Shown here piece by piece: positions 45,616-55,602 of a stretch of 64,000 nt of DNA. The stretch is from Verrucomicrobiales bacterium. Lineage in GTDB: Bacteria > Verrucomicrobiota > Verrucomicrobiia > Verrucomicrobiales > V1-33. How positions within the stretch are numbered: position 1 is the stretch's first letter; every line of letters begins with the position of its first letter. The notes beneath the pieces were generated by a model, which made no database searches, was not told where the DNA came from, and saw nothing but the letters and a program-made list of their open reading frames with translations. Both the position numbers and the translations under genes were made by a program. The stretch lies in contig JBBQWG010000007.1 in assembly GCA_038210825.1 (NCBI GenBank), forward strand, positions 3,607 through 67,606, in the 5' to 3' direction.

Positions 45616-47631
45616 ATGATCGCCAAACCTCCGGCCGTTGAGCCTCCCTCGGAAAAATCGGTGTCCAGAGCATCCCAGCAAAACCACGACCACGGCTTTG
45701 CCCCGCAGTTTCTACCTCATTGGATGCAGGAGCGCTGGGCTGCGTTGACGGTGGCGGTGGCCGGAGTAGCGCTGGCGGTTGGATTTTTCGGGGAGAAGTT
45801 TTTTGGTCTGCCCGCGCCGGTGGCGCTGGGGTTTTATGTTTTGTCCTATCTGGCAGGTGGATACGATGTGGCGCGTGCGGCTTTACCCGCGCTGTTTCGT
45901 GGCAAGTTCGACATCGATCTGCTGATGATTGCCGCGGCGGCGGGAGCGGCCTTGCTGGGTGAATGGGCGGAGGGCGCGTTCCTGCTGTTTCTCTTTTCGC
46001 TCGGCCATGCGGGTGAGCATTATGCGATGGATCGCGCGCGCAATGCCGTCGGCGTGCTTGGGAAACTGATGCCCCGCACGGCCTTCACCCAACGTGGCGA
46101 CCGGCTGGAAGAAGTGCCGGTGGAACAGCTCGCGGTGGATGAAGTCGTGGTCGTGAAGCCTGGCGAACGCGTGCCGGTGGATGGCGTTATCACGGCTGGC
46201 GAGAGCAGCATTGATCAAAGCGCCATCACCGGGGAGAGCGTGCCGGTGGAGCGCAAACCTGGCGACGGGGTCTTTGCGGGAACGATCAATCAGGACAACG
46301 CGCTCGAGGTGCGCATGACCCGGCTGGCCCGTGATAACACGCTCGCCCGCGTGATGCAGCTCGTTGCTGAGGCCCAGGAACAAAAGAGCCCGACGCAACG
46401 GTTCACCGAAGTCTTCGCGCGGCGCTTCGTTCCTGCGGTGCTCATCGGCACGCTTCTCGTCATTGTGTTGTTGCCACTCGTTTTTGGATGGACGTGGAGC
46501 GCCAGTTTTTATCGCGGCATGTTGCTGCTGGTGGCCGCTTCCCCCTGTGCGCTGGCCATTGGCACTCCCGCTGCCGTGCTTGCGGGCATTGCCCAGGCGG
46601 CGCGGCGTGGCGTGTTGATCAAAGGCGGCGTCCATCTGGAAAATCTCGGCCGCCTCAACACGGTGGCGCTGGATAAAACCGGCACGCTCACCACGGGGCG
46701 CTTCGCGGTGACAGAAGTGATAGGAATTGAAGGCACGACTGAAGACGAAGTCCTGCGCATCGCCGCTGCGGTTGAAGAACAATCCAGTCATCCGTTGGCG
46801 GCGGCCATCGTGAAAACGACGCGGGAGCGGAACATCACCTTCCCTACGGCCACCGGCATCGAAAACCTCGCGGGCAAAGGGATCCAGGCCCATGTCGAAG
46901 AGGCGGAAGTTCTGATAGGAGCCATGCGGGCCTTTGCGGGCGACCCCGCCGCCGAAAAAGGCCAGCCGCTCGCTGACACGATTGCCAGGCTGGAAGGGGA
47001 CGGCCAAACCACGGTGATCATCCGGCGTGCCGGAAAATTCATCGGCGTCATTGCTTTGGCCGACGAGCCCCGCGCCAGGGTCAAAGAGGTAATGCAACGA
47101 CTGAGAGCCCAGGGCATCGAGCGCCTGGTGATGCTCACGGGTGACAACGCGTCGGTGGCCCACCGGGTCGCGGGGCAAATCGGGATCACCGACGTCCATG
47201 CGGAGCTTCTGCCGGGCAACAAGCTCACCGTCGTGCATGCCCTGGAGCAGGATCGTGGCGTTATCGCGATGATCGGTGATGGGGTAAACGACGCCCCCGC
47301 CCTTGCTGCCGCCACCGTCGGCGTGGCCATGGGCGCAGGCGGCACCGCCGTCGCCATGGAAACCGCCGATGTTGTGCTCATGGGGGATGATCTCGGCAAG
47401 CTGCCCTTTGCCATCGGCCTGAGCCGGGCCAGCGCCCGCATCATCCGTCAGAATCTCGTCATCGCGCTCGGTGGTATCACCATCCTCCTGATTGCCTCGG
47501 GGTTTGGCGTCATCCCCTTGAGCGTCGCAGTCGTCCTGCACGAGGGCAGCACCATCGTGGTCGTTTTGAATGCGCTGCGGCTTCTTGCTTGGCATGAGCC
47601 CATCGTCGACCGTGATGTCCCGCCTGTATAA
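45616..47631 (+). CDS. heavy-metal P-type ATPase, P1B-4-like (no N-terminal metal-binding domain)
   Basis: DKTGTLT, TGDN, GDGVNDAPAL. TM4 SPC (VAASPCAL) and TM6 HEGST. Only about 40 aa precede the first TM. Confidence 0.92.
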   Translation: MIAKPPAVEPPSEKSVSRASQQNHDHGFAPQFLPHWMQERWAALTVAVAGVALAVGFFGEKFFGLPAPVALGFYVLSYLAGGYDVARAALPALFRGKFDIDLLMIAAAAGAALLGEWAEGAFLLFLFSLGHAGEHYAMDRARNAVGVLGKLMPRTAFTQRGDRLEEVPVEQLAVDEVVVVKPGERVPVDGVITAGESSIDQSAITGESVPVERKPGDGVFAGTINQDNALEVRMTRLARDNTLARVMQLVAEAQEQKSPTQRFTEVFARRFVPAVLIGTLLVIVLLPLVFGWTWSASFYRGMLLLVAASPCALAIGTPAAVLAGIAQAARRGVLIKGGVHLENLGRLNTVALDKTGTLTTGRFAVTEVIGIEGTTEDEVLRIAAAVEEQSSHPLAAAIVKTTRERNITFPTATGIENLAGKGIQAHVEEAEVLIGAMRAFAGDPAAEKGQPLADTIARLEGDGQTTVIIRRAGKFIGVIALADEPRARVKEVMQRLRAQGIERLVMLTGDNASVAHRVAGQIGITDVHAELLPGNKLTVVHALEQDRGVIAMIGDGVNDAPALAAATVGVAMGAGGTAVAMETADVVLMGDDLGKLPFAIGLSRASARIIRQNLVIALGGITILLIASGFGVIPLSVAVVLHEGSTIVVVLNALRLLAWHEPIVDRDVPPV

Positions 47632-47786
47632 AGCACACCACTCCAAAGCACCCTATTCCAGGGCACCGCGGGACAAGGTTGGTGTCTTCAAAACCCTTTA
47701 CTTGGCTGTTTTGCCAATTAGTTTACCGCCAGCTGCAGAGCCTGTCTTTCCAAATCAAAAAATTGGCTTTGCGGATCCGCATCGTT

Positions 47787-48941
47787 ATGAAAATTCCCTC
47801 CACCCGCAGCCTGGTCACCTGGCTGATCATCGCATCCCTTGCCGCGTTCGCCGTATACAAATTCAAGTTCGCGCCTTTGCCGGTAGTCGCGCACACAGTG
47901 GCACAGGGTGAACTCATTGCGGAAGTGATGGGCACGGGCACCCTGGAGGCGCGCGTGAAGACAACCGTCAGCGCACGCATACAGGAGCGGTTGGTTGAGG
48001 TGCTGGTCGATCAAGGCGCCGCAGTCAAAGCGGGACAGCTTCTTGCAAGGCTGGATGATGCCGAAATCAAGCAGCAGGTCGCTATTGCCGAAGCCACCCT
48101 CGCGGCGGCCCGGCAGACGGCGGAACGGGTGCGCGCCGACCTGGCACGCTCGGAGGCCGTGCTAGCGCTGGCACAGCTCGACTATAAACGGCAGAGTGGA
48201 CTCGCCGCCACCAGAGCGGTGGCTCAGTCAGACGCGGACAAATCCGCCGAAGCCTTGCGGGTGGCCGAAGCGGATCTGACGCGCTCCCATGCCACCATCG
48301 GGGAGGCGGAAGGTCAGATCGTGGTGGCGGAAAAGAACCTGCTCTTCCGTAAAGAGCAGCTCGCTTTCACCGAAATCCACAGCCCCTACGATGGGCTCAT
48401 CATCCGCCGGGACCGTGATCCCGGCGACGTGCTGGTGCCCGGTGCCTCCCTGATGCAGGTAATTTCCCTGGCAGAACTCTGGGTGAGCGCCTGGGTCGAT
48501 GAAACCGCCATGCGAGGACTCGCGACGGATCAACTGGCGCGCATCGTTTTCCGCTCGGAACCGGGGCGCAACTATCCGGGCAAAGTATCGCGGCTGGGCA
48601 GGGAGATGGATCGTGAGACGCGCGAGTTCCTCGTGGATGTGCGCGCCACTGAACTGCCGAAGAACTGGACCATCGGCCAGCGCGCGGAGGTCTTCATTGA
48701 GACCGCCCGTCAGCCTGATGCGGTGGTGCTGCCAGCGGCCTTTCTGGTGTGGAAAGCAGCCAAAGCCGGTGTCTTTGTGAATGCCGATGGCAAGGCGGAA
48801 TGGCGGGATGTCACGGTTGGCCTGCGTGGAAAGGATCACGTCGCGATCACCCGGGGTTTGAGCGCAGGGGAGCAAGTGGTGCGCACACCGGATGGCCAAA
48901 AATCCATTCTAACTGAAGGCCAAAGAGTCAGGCTGCCATGA
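47787..48941 (+). CDS. HlyD/MFP-family periplasmic adaptor of ABC-type efflux system
   Basis: ATG at 47787, N-terminal anchor. Lipoyl/hairpin pattern VKAGQLLARLDD...coiled-coil...SPYDGLIIRR. Confidence 0.85.
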   Translation: MKIPSTRSLVTWLIIASLAAFAVYKFKFAPLPVVAHTVAQGELIAEVMGTGTLEARVKTTVSARIQERLVEVLVDQGAAVKAGQLLARLDDAEIKQQVAIAEATLAAARQTAERVRADLARSEAVLALAQLDYKRQSGLAATRAVAQSDADKSAEALRVAEADLTRSHATIGEAEGQIVVAEKNLLFRKEQLAFTEIHSPYDGLIIRRDRDPGDVLVPGASLMQVISLAELWVSAWVDETAMRGLATDQLARIVFRSEPGRNYPGKVSRLGREMDRETREFLVDVRATELPKNWTIGQRAEVFIETARQPDAVVLPAAFLVWKAAKAGVFVNADGKAEWRDVTVGLRGKDHVAITRGLSAGEQVVRTPDGQKSILTEGQRVRLP

Positions 48942-50152
48942 ATCTCGCCGTCCGTGATATCCGCCACAATGCAGGCCGCTTTGCCTTCACCAGCGTGGGC
49001 ATCGGACTCCTGCTCATGATCGTCATGGGCATGGGCGGCATCTATCGCGGCCTCATTCACGAGGCCACCTTGTTGGTGGACCGCGTAGGCGCGGACCTGT
49101 GGATCGTGCAGGGCAGCACCCGCGGTCCCTTCGCGGAAGTCTCCCGCATTCCCGCCACTCTGGAAGACCGCGTGCGCTCCGTGCCAGGCGTGGCCGAAGC
49201 GCGGCGCTTCGTTTCGCACACGATCCAGCGTGAGCACAATGGCAAGCCGCTGCGCATGGTGGTGCAGGGGCTCTCGTGGCCGGAGGATCGCGGCGACTGG
49301 GTTCCGCTCGTCGCCGGCCGTCCCCTGCGGCAGGCACATTTTGAGATGATAGCCGACCAATCACTGAAACTTCCGCTCGGCAGCCGCCTCCCTTTGGGCA
49401 AGGACACTTACCAAGTAGTCGGACTGACGAGCGGCATGGTCGGCACCGGCGGCGACGGCCTCACTTTTTTCACGGTGCGTGATGCCATGGCCATCCAGTT
49501 TGACCAACCGGGGGAAGCCGTGCGCCTTGAACGCGCCGCGCGCCGGGCCCGGGTGGAAAGCCTTGACCTCGGCAGGCTTCAGCCGCTCCTGCTGGACCGC
49601 GCGGAAGGCCTGTCGAGCGGCATCCCCGCCTTCGCCGCGCCACAGGTCAGTGCCGTGCTCGTGACGCTTCTGCCCGGTGCCGATGAAGCCATCGTCCGCC
49701 GCACGCTCGGCACCTGGCCGGACATCACCGTGTATTCCACGCAGGAAATGAAGGAGCTTTTGCTCTCTGGCATGGTGGACAAGGCGAAGCGGCAGCTCGG
49801 TCTCTTCCGGGTGCTTCTCATCATCATCTCCACCATCATCATCGCGCTCATCATTTACACGCTCACCCTCGACAAGATCCGCGACATCGCCCTGCTTAAA
49901 CTCATTGGTGCGCGCAACACAGTTATCGGTGGCCTCATCCTCCAGCAGGCCTTGCTCATGGGTGCCTTTGGTTATGGACTCGCGTGGTGGATCGGCCAGT
50001 ATGCGTTTCCCAGCTTCCCGCGCCTCGTGCTGATTCAGAACGAAGATCTCATCAGTCTCGCGGTCATTGTTATCGTCATCTCCACGCTGGCCAGCCTGCT
50101 CGGCATCTGGAAAGCCATGCGCGTGGAGCCTAACACCGTTCTTTCCGCATGA
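48938..50152 (+). CDS. FtsX/MacB-like ABC transporter permease (DevC-type)
   Basis: ATGA overlap with the adaptor gene. N-terminal TM, large periplasmic domain and three C-terminal TMs. Confidence 0.85.
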   Translation: MNLAVRDIRHNAGRFAFTSVGIGLLLMIVMGMGGIYRGLIHEATLLVDRVGADLWIVQGSTRGPFAEVSRIPATLEDRVRSVPGVAEARRFVSHTIQREHNGKPLRMVVQGLSWPEDRGDWVPLVAGRPLRQAHFEMIADQSLKLPLGSRLPLGKDTYQVVGLTSGMVGTGGDGLTFFTVRDAMAIQFDQPGEAVRLERAARRARVESLDLGRLQPLLLDRAEGLSSGIPAFAAPQVSAVLVTLLPGADEAIVRRTLGTWPDITVYSTQEMKELLLSGMVDKAKRQLGLFRVLLIIISTIIIALIIYTLTLDKIRDIALLKLIGARNTVIGGLILQQALLMGAFGYGLAWWIGQYAFPSFPRLVLIQNEDLISLAVIVIVISTLASLLGIWKAMRVEPNTVLSA

Positions 50153-50889
50153 ATGCCCCGGCTTCCATCACCCCCCCTGCGGTCGAGGTCGCGCATCTGC
50201 GCAAGGTCTATGGCAGCGGCCACACCGAGGTCGTGGCGGTCCGCGATGCCTCACTGAGCATCGCCCCGGGAGAAATCGTCGGCATGTTCGGCCCCAGCGG
50301 ATCGGGGAAATCCACCATCCTCACTGCTATGGCCTTGATCAATCCGCCGACCTCGGGGACGATCTCCATCGGGGGCAAGCCCGTGCTGGATGGTCCCAGG
50401 GCGCTGGTGGATCTGCGGGCCTTTCGCCGGCAGAACCTCGGCTTTGTGTTCCAAAAAGCCAACCTCATCCCTTTCCTCACCGCCTTGGAAAACGTGCAGA
50501 TTGCGCTGGAAGTCAATGATACCTCTCCCAAAGCCGCCCGCCAGCGCGCCATGGAACTGCTCGACTACCTCAGCATCGGTGCCCGCGCCAACAACCTGCC
50601 CGTGGCCCTCTCCGGCGGCGAACAGCAGCGCGTCGCCGTGGCCCGTGCCCTGGCCAATAATCCCCGCCTCATCCTCGCCGATGAGCCCACCGCCGCGCTG
50701 GACAGCACCCTCGGAAGGCAGGTGATGGAGCTGTTTGCTAAAATTGCCCACGAAAAGAAAGCCGGCGTTCTGGTGGTTACCCATGATCACCGCACGCTCG
50801 AGGTCTTCGACCGCATCCTCGATGTCGAGGACGGCATGATTCAGGTCCGCTCCTTTTCCCCTAACTTGTCCCCGCCCTCCGCATCATGA
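50149..50889 (+). CDS. ABC transporter ATP-binding protein (MacB/LolD/DevA-type)
   Basis: Walker [10 protein letters not shown], signature [15 protein letters not shown], Walker [16 protein letters not shown] overlap upstream. Confidence 0.9.
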   Translation: MNAPASITPPAVEVAHLRKVYGSGHTEVVAVRDASLSIAPGEIVGMFGPSGSGKSTILTAMALINPPTSGTISIGGKPVLDGPRALVDLRAFRRQNLGFVFQKANLIPFLTALENVQIALEVNDTSPKAARQRAMELLDYLSIGARANNLPVALSGGEQQRVAVARALANNPRLILADEPTAALDSTLGRQVMELFAKIAHEKKAGVLVVTHDHRTLEVFDRILDVEDGMIQVRSFSPNLSPPSAS

Positions 50890-52019
50890 GCAAACCAACC
50901 AAATCCATGAATCTCTTCGAACGTCAGCTCACCTTGTGGGTGGGGCTGTGCATTCTCGCCGGCATCGGCCTCGGCAAGTTGGCCCCGGATCTCGCCCGCA
51001 CGCTGGATGGCATGTCCATCTTCGTCAACGGAGCCCCCGTGGTGTCCATCCCCATCGCCATCTGTCTCTTCTTCATGATGTATCCCATCATGGTGAAAAT
51101 CGACTTCCGGGAAGTCATCAAAGCAGGCCGCAATCCCAAGCCGGTCCTGCTCACCCTGCTGGTCAACTGGGGCATCAAGCCCTTTACCATGCTCGCCCTC
51201 TCCAGTTTGTTTCTCGGCGTCTTTTTCAAGGATCTGCTGCCCGGCACCGAAGTCCTCAAGGATGGCAGCACGGTGGAAATTTACCGCTCCTACATCGCCG
51301 GGACCATCCTGTTGGGCATCGCCCCCTGCACCGCCATGGTGCTCGTCTGGAGTTACCTTGCCAAAGGCAATCAGGAGCACACCCTCGTCATGGTAGCTGT
51401 GAATTCCCTGACCATGCTGTTTCTCTACGGCGTGCTGGGCGGCTGGCTGCTGGGGGTCAACCAGATGCCGGTGCCATGGCAGGCCCTGCTGCTTTCGGTG
51501 CTGATTTATGTCGCCCTGCCCCTCGTGGCTGGTTATTACTCGCGCGTCTGGATCATGAAAACCAAAGGGCCGGAGTGGTTTGCCACGAAGTTCCTGCACT
51601 TCCTAACCCCGGTTTCCGTCATCGCCCTGCTGGCCACGCTGGTCCTGCTCTTCAGCTTCAAAGGCGAAACCATCCTCGCCAATCCCCTGACCATTCTCTG
51701 GATCGCCATCCCCCTGACCATCCAGACCCTGCTCATCTTCGGCATCACCTATGTTGCGGCCAAGCTGTTGAAGTTCAGCTACGAGGATGCCGCCCCTTCC
51801 GCGATGATCGGAGCCTCAAATCACTTCGAGGTCGCCATCGCCACCGCCGTGATGCTCTTCGGCCTCAGCTCCGGGGCCGCCCTCGCCACCGTGGTCGGGG
51901 TGCTCATTGAAGTGCCCCTGATGCTGTTTCTCGTAAAAGTCTGCCAGCGCACCAAAGGATGGTTTCTCCAAGTCCCGCCTCCCCCACCTGACCGCAGGCC
52001 CACACCAACCGGCCCCTGA
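50886..52019 (+). CDS. acr3: ACR3-family arsenite efflux permease
   Basis: [49 protein letters not shown] overlap with the ABC ATPase stop. Confidence 0.92.
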   Translation: MSKPTKSMNLFERQLTLWVGLCILAGIGLGKLAPDLARTLDGMSIFVNGAPVVSIPIAICLFFMMYPIMVKIDFREVIKAGRNPKPVLLTLLVNWGIKPFTMLALSSLFLGVFFKDLLPGTEVLKDGSTVEIYRSYIAGTILLGIAPCTAMVLVWSYLAKGNQEHTLVMVAVNSLTMLFLYGVLGGWLLGVNQMPVPWQALLLSVLIYVALPLVAGYYSRVWIMKTKGPEWFATKFLHFLTPVSVIALLATLVLLFSFKGETILANPLTILWIAIPLTIQTLLIFGITYVAAKLLKFSYEDAAPSAMIGASNHFEVAIATAVMLFGLSSGAALATVVGVLIEVPLMLFLVKVCQRTKGWFLQVPPPPPDRRPTPTGP

Positions 52020-52369
52020 CGGCTTCCGGCCGGAGCTTGGCAAACTACGAATGACCGCTTCCCAGAACCCAAAGTGCTGCGGGTTTTGCCTCCGGCTGAC
52101 CCGCCCCGGAACATGGGTAACATCTTTTCGATCCGGCTTCCTCCAAGTCGCTCCACAATAGTTCTGCTACGGGAAGTTGGGGTCGATGGGCTGGAAGCCC
52201 TTTGGACTCACTGGCTGGAAGCCAGTGTCACCGGCAACTTGCCAAGGACCAAGGAAGAGCCGATCACCGGTTTTTCTACCATGCCCGGCCCTCCTGCGCC
52301 ACAGCCGCTGACATCCAGCCCGCAAACTGGAATTGAAAACCCCGCCATCCGGAGATATTCTTTGGCATC

Positions 52370-52609
52370 ATGAGCACCATCGAACTCCGCGAAATGCTCC
52401 GCGCTCTGCCCCGTGCCGAGCGGCAGGAAATGTTGGCCATCCTTCAGGAGATGGAGGCTGCCGATCCTGCTCCGGAATTGGTCTCCGCAGATTCAGCGCA
52501 AGAAGGTGGGGCGTCGTTGGCTCTACCTCCGGTTGTTGTGCCGTTTGGCGAGGCGGTGGATAAAGTATTTGGGAAGCACCGGGAGGTGTTGGGCCGCCTC
52601 GCGCAATAA
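52370..52609 (+). CDS. putative addiction-module antitoxin
   Basis: 79 aa. MSTIELREMLRALPRAERQEMLAILQEMEA resembles addiction-module component N-termini. The stop overlaps the start of the Doc gene (TAATG). Confidence 0.6.
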   Translation: MSTIELREMLRALPRAERQEMLAILQEMEAADPAPELVSADSAQEGGASLALPPVVVPFGEAVDKVFGKHREVLGRLAQ

Positions 52610-53010
52610 TGGGAGATCGAATGGAAATTCCTTTTTTGTCATTGGATCAGATCCTTTCGATCCACCGGCGGTCTCTTGCGGAACACGGTGGCCTCGACGG
52701 GCTGAGAAGTCCCGGAGGGTTCGAGGCCGCAGCCATGCAGCCACTGAACGACTATCACTATGCGAACGCCGATATTTTCGGTATCGCGGCGGCCTACGCC
52801 TATCACCTTGTGGAATCCCAGGCTTTCCTTGACGGCAACAAACGGACTGCCCTCGGTACCGCTTTGGTTTTTCTCGAGCAATTCGGAATTGATACCGGAG
52901 CAGACCCATCCGTTATGTATGATTCCATGATCGCCATCGCCAATCATGAAATGACCAAAGCGGATCTGGCGGACCTGTTCCGACGGTTGTTTGACCGCAA
53001 ACCACGCTGA
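52609..53010 (+). CDS. doc: Fic/Doc-family death-on-curing toxin homologue
   Basis: LSIHRRSLAEHGG, and the Fic-type motif region SQAFLDGNKRTALGTALVFL, which has Gln where the motif His is expected. Confidence 0.8.
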   Translation: MGDRMEIPFLSLDQILSIHRRSLAEHGGLDGLRSPGGFEAAAMQPLNDYHYANADIFGIAAAYAYHLVESQAFLDGNKRTALGTALVFLEQFGIDTGADPSVMYDSMIAIANHEMTKADLADLFRRLFDRKPR

Positions 53011-53315
53011 CCAGCGAGCGGAGTGGCGGCTTCCCCGATGTTTTTTGCCCGATGGATCCGGGACTCCGAAACAGAACCGAATGACCAGCCGAATCCCGCT
53101 CCTCGACACAAGGTGACGGCACCTTGGGCCTGCTCCCTGCCTCCGGTCACCCGCACGTCACGCCACTCACGGTCAGATGATTTACAATGCCCGCATCCCG
53201 GCAGGGATGCAGATCCGGCAACTGTTTTCCCTGACAATTCCGCCATCTGACAAATCGGAACCCGGCCCGAGTTTTCACTCAATACTACCATCCACCTGCA
53301 ACCGTCGGAACCCCC

Positions 53316-54560
53316 TCACAAAACTTCCCCCGCCACCGCCGCAGCCCTCCGGTGCGGTAGCGCCAGGGAAATCAAGGCCGTGACCACCAAAAACCCTGCG
53401 CTGGCCCAGAGGCAGACCGCCAAACCGCGCTGCGGACTGTGGGCCAATCCCCATTGATAGAGCGCTCCGCTCAAAACGGTCCCCGCGAGCCGTCCGCAGG
53501 CATTGGCCATGTAATAAAACCCGACGCTTTGGGCCACCTTTTTATCGTCCGCATACGACAGGATCAAAAAGGAATGCACCGCCGAATTCAACGCGAAGAC
53601 GAGGCCAAACAGAATCAATCCCCCCGGCACCGCCCAGGCCGGATCGATCCCGCCTTCCAGCGAGGCCGCGATGCCCGCCGGGATCAGGGCCATGGCCACC
53701 GCCAACCACCCCGCCGTGCGCCCATCGGGGGTTTTGCCGGACTTTTTGCCGCGGATCAGGGAAGGCGTGGCGGCCTGGACTGCTCCATAACCGATCACCC
53801 AGCAGGCCATGAAGGCTCCCGTCTGCCAAAACTTCCAGCCCAGCACCGAGGACAGGAAAACCGGCAGGGCGACCACAAACCAAACGTCACGCGCCCCGAA
53901 CAAAAAGACCCGCGCCGCCGCCAGCAGATTCACCGCGCGGTTGGAGGAAAACATTTGGGAGAACTTCGCCTTCCGGCTGGCCTCGCCGATCCCGCCGCGC
54001 ATGAAAATCGCCGCGCCGGCCAATCCCGCCAGCACCACCCCGCCGAGGATCAGCACCGCCGGCTGAAACCCCACCGTGCTCAGGAGAAATCCTCCGAGAA
54101 AAAAGCCCACGCCCTTCAGCGCATTTTTGCTGCCTGTCAGGATCGCCACCCATTTGTATAACTGGCTGCCGCTCCCACCCGCCACCAGTTTCACCGCGCT
54201 CTTGCTGCTCATTTTGGTCAGGTCCTTGGCGATGCCGGAGCAGGCCTGGCTGGCCATGACCCATGGCACGGTGAGCCACGGAGCCGGCGCGAAGGCCAGC
54301 ATGGACAAGGCCGTGAGTTGGATTCCCAAGCCCATGAATAACGTGGTTTTCAGCCCGAACCGCGCCCCCAGCCAGCCTCCGGCCAGATTGGTCACGATGC
54401 CGAAAATCTCGTAAAACAGGAACAGCGAGGCCACCTGCCACGCGGTGTAGCCCCGTTCATAAAAATAGAACAATACCAGCATCCGCAGGGCTCCATCGGT
54501 CAGGGTATCCGCCCAATAGGCGGCGGTGACACAGATGTAATTGCGCAGCCCCCGCTCCAT
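53316..54560 (-). CDS. arsJ: MFS organoarsenical efflux permease ArsJ
   Basis: RNYICVTAAYWADTLTDGALRMLVLFYFYERGY...LFLFYEIFGIVTNLAGGWLGARFG. 4 nt downstream of a GAPDH gene. Confidence 0.82.
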   Translation of the reverse strand: MERGLRNYICVTAAYWADTLTDGALRMLVLFYFYERGYTAWQVASLFLFYEIFGIVTNLAGGWLGARFGLKTTLFMGLGIQLTALSMLAFAPAPWLTVPWVMASQACSGIAKDLTKMSSKSAVKLVAGGSGSQLYKWVAILTGSKNALKGVGFFLGGFLLSTVGFQPAVLILGGVVLAGLAGAAIFMRGGIGEASRKAKFSQMFSSNRAVNLLAAARVFLFGARDVWFVVALPVFLSSVLGWKFWQTGAFMACWVIGYGAVQAATPSLIRGKKSGKTPDGRTAGWLAVAMALIPAGIAASLEGGIDPAWAVPGGLILFGLVFALNSAVHSFLILSYADDKKVAQSVGFYYMANACGRLAGTVLSGALYQWGLAHSPQRGLAVCLWASAGFLVVTALISLALPHRRAAAVAGEVL

Positions 54561-54564
54561 ACCG

Positions 54565-55602
54565 CTAGAGCAGTGAGGCTACCTTGCGGGCCAGTTCGGC
54601 ATACCGGTTGGCGTAGCCCCACTCGTTGTCATACCACGCCAGAATTTTCACCTGCGTTCCATTGGTCACCATGGTGCTCGGCGCATCCACGATGCTGCTC
54701 CGGGGATCATTTACATAATCAATCGAAACCAATGGCCGCACCTCGTAGCCGAGAATCCCCTGCAAGGGTCCATCCGCAGCGGTTTTCAGCAGGGCATTGA
54801 CTTCCTCCACCGTGGTCGGCCGCGACACTTCAAACACGCAATCCGTCAGTGAAGCATTCAGCAGCGGCACCCGCACCGCCACCCCATCCAGCTTGCCCAG
54901 CAGTTCCGGAAAAATCATCCCAATGGCCGTCGCGGAACCCGTGCTGGTGGGAATCAGCGAAAGACTGGAAGCCCGCGCCCGCCGCAGGTCCTTGTCCGGG
55001 GTGTCGAGGATCGACTGAGTATTCGTCATATCATGAATGGTGGTAATCATCCCATGACGGATGCCGATGCCCTCATGGATGACCTTCACCACCGGAGCCA
55101 GACAATTAGTCGTGCAGGAGGCCGCCGTCAGCAGGTGGTGCTCCCCCGTCTGATAAAGGTGATCATTCACGCCCATCACCAGGTTCAGCGCACCTTCCTT
55201 TACCGGTGCGGCCACAATGACCTTTTTCACTCCGGCTTGGAAGTAAGCCTCCAGCTGGGCGGGCGTGCGGAATTTCCCGCTGGCTTCCAGCACGATGTCC
55301 ACTCCGAGACCGGACCAGTCGATCCGGCTGAAGTCCTGGTGGCTGGAATGACTGATCGTTTTCCCCGCCACGGTCAGGGTCTCCCCGGCCCCGCTCACTT
55401 CCCGGTCCCAACGGCCATGCACACTGTCAAAGTAGAGCAGATGCGCTGACACCGAGGCGTCGCCGCCGGTTTCATTGATGTGGACGATTTCCAGTTCCGG
55501 GCAATCCCACGCCGCCCGCAGAGCAAGGCGGCCAATCCGGCCGAATCCATTGATGGCAATCCTTACGGGCTTCCGTGGATGGAGGTTGGGTGAGGATTTC
55601 AT
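54565..55602 (-). CDS. ArsJ-associated glyceraldehyde-3-phosphate dehydrogenase
   Basis: ATG at 55602. INGFGRIGR, catalytic [18 protein letters not shown]. Confidence 0.92.
   Translation of the reverse strand: MKSSPNLHPRKPVRIAINGFGRIGRLALRAAWDCPELEIVHINETGGDASVSAHLLYFDSVHGRWDREVSGAGETLTVAGKTISHSSHQDFSRIDWSGLGVDIVLEASGKFRTPAQLEAYFQAGVKKVIVAAPVKEGALNLVMGVNDHLYQTGEHHLLTAASCTTNCLAPVVKVIHEGIGIRHGMITTIHDMTNTQSILDTPDKDLRRARASSLSLIPTSTGSATAIGMIFPELLGKLDGVAVRVPLLNASLTDCVFEVSRPTTVEEVNALLKTAADGPLQGILGYEVRPLVSIDYVNDPRSSIVDAPSTMVTNGTQVKILAWYDNEWGYANRYAELARKVASLL

Noticed and set aside
45883-47646. 587-aa ORF on the minus strand
   Set aside because: It is entirely antisense to the P-type ATPase gene, which has all canonical motifs. 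The Arg/Gly/His/Asp-rich composition has no motifs and is typical of shadow ORFs in GC-rich DNA.
52074-52373. 99-aa plus-strand ORF between ACR3 and the antitoxin gene
   Set aside because: It has no start context, motifs or hydrophobic pattern. The region contains short GCTGGAAGCC hairpin-like repeats and looks non-coding.
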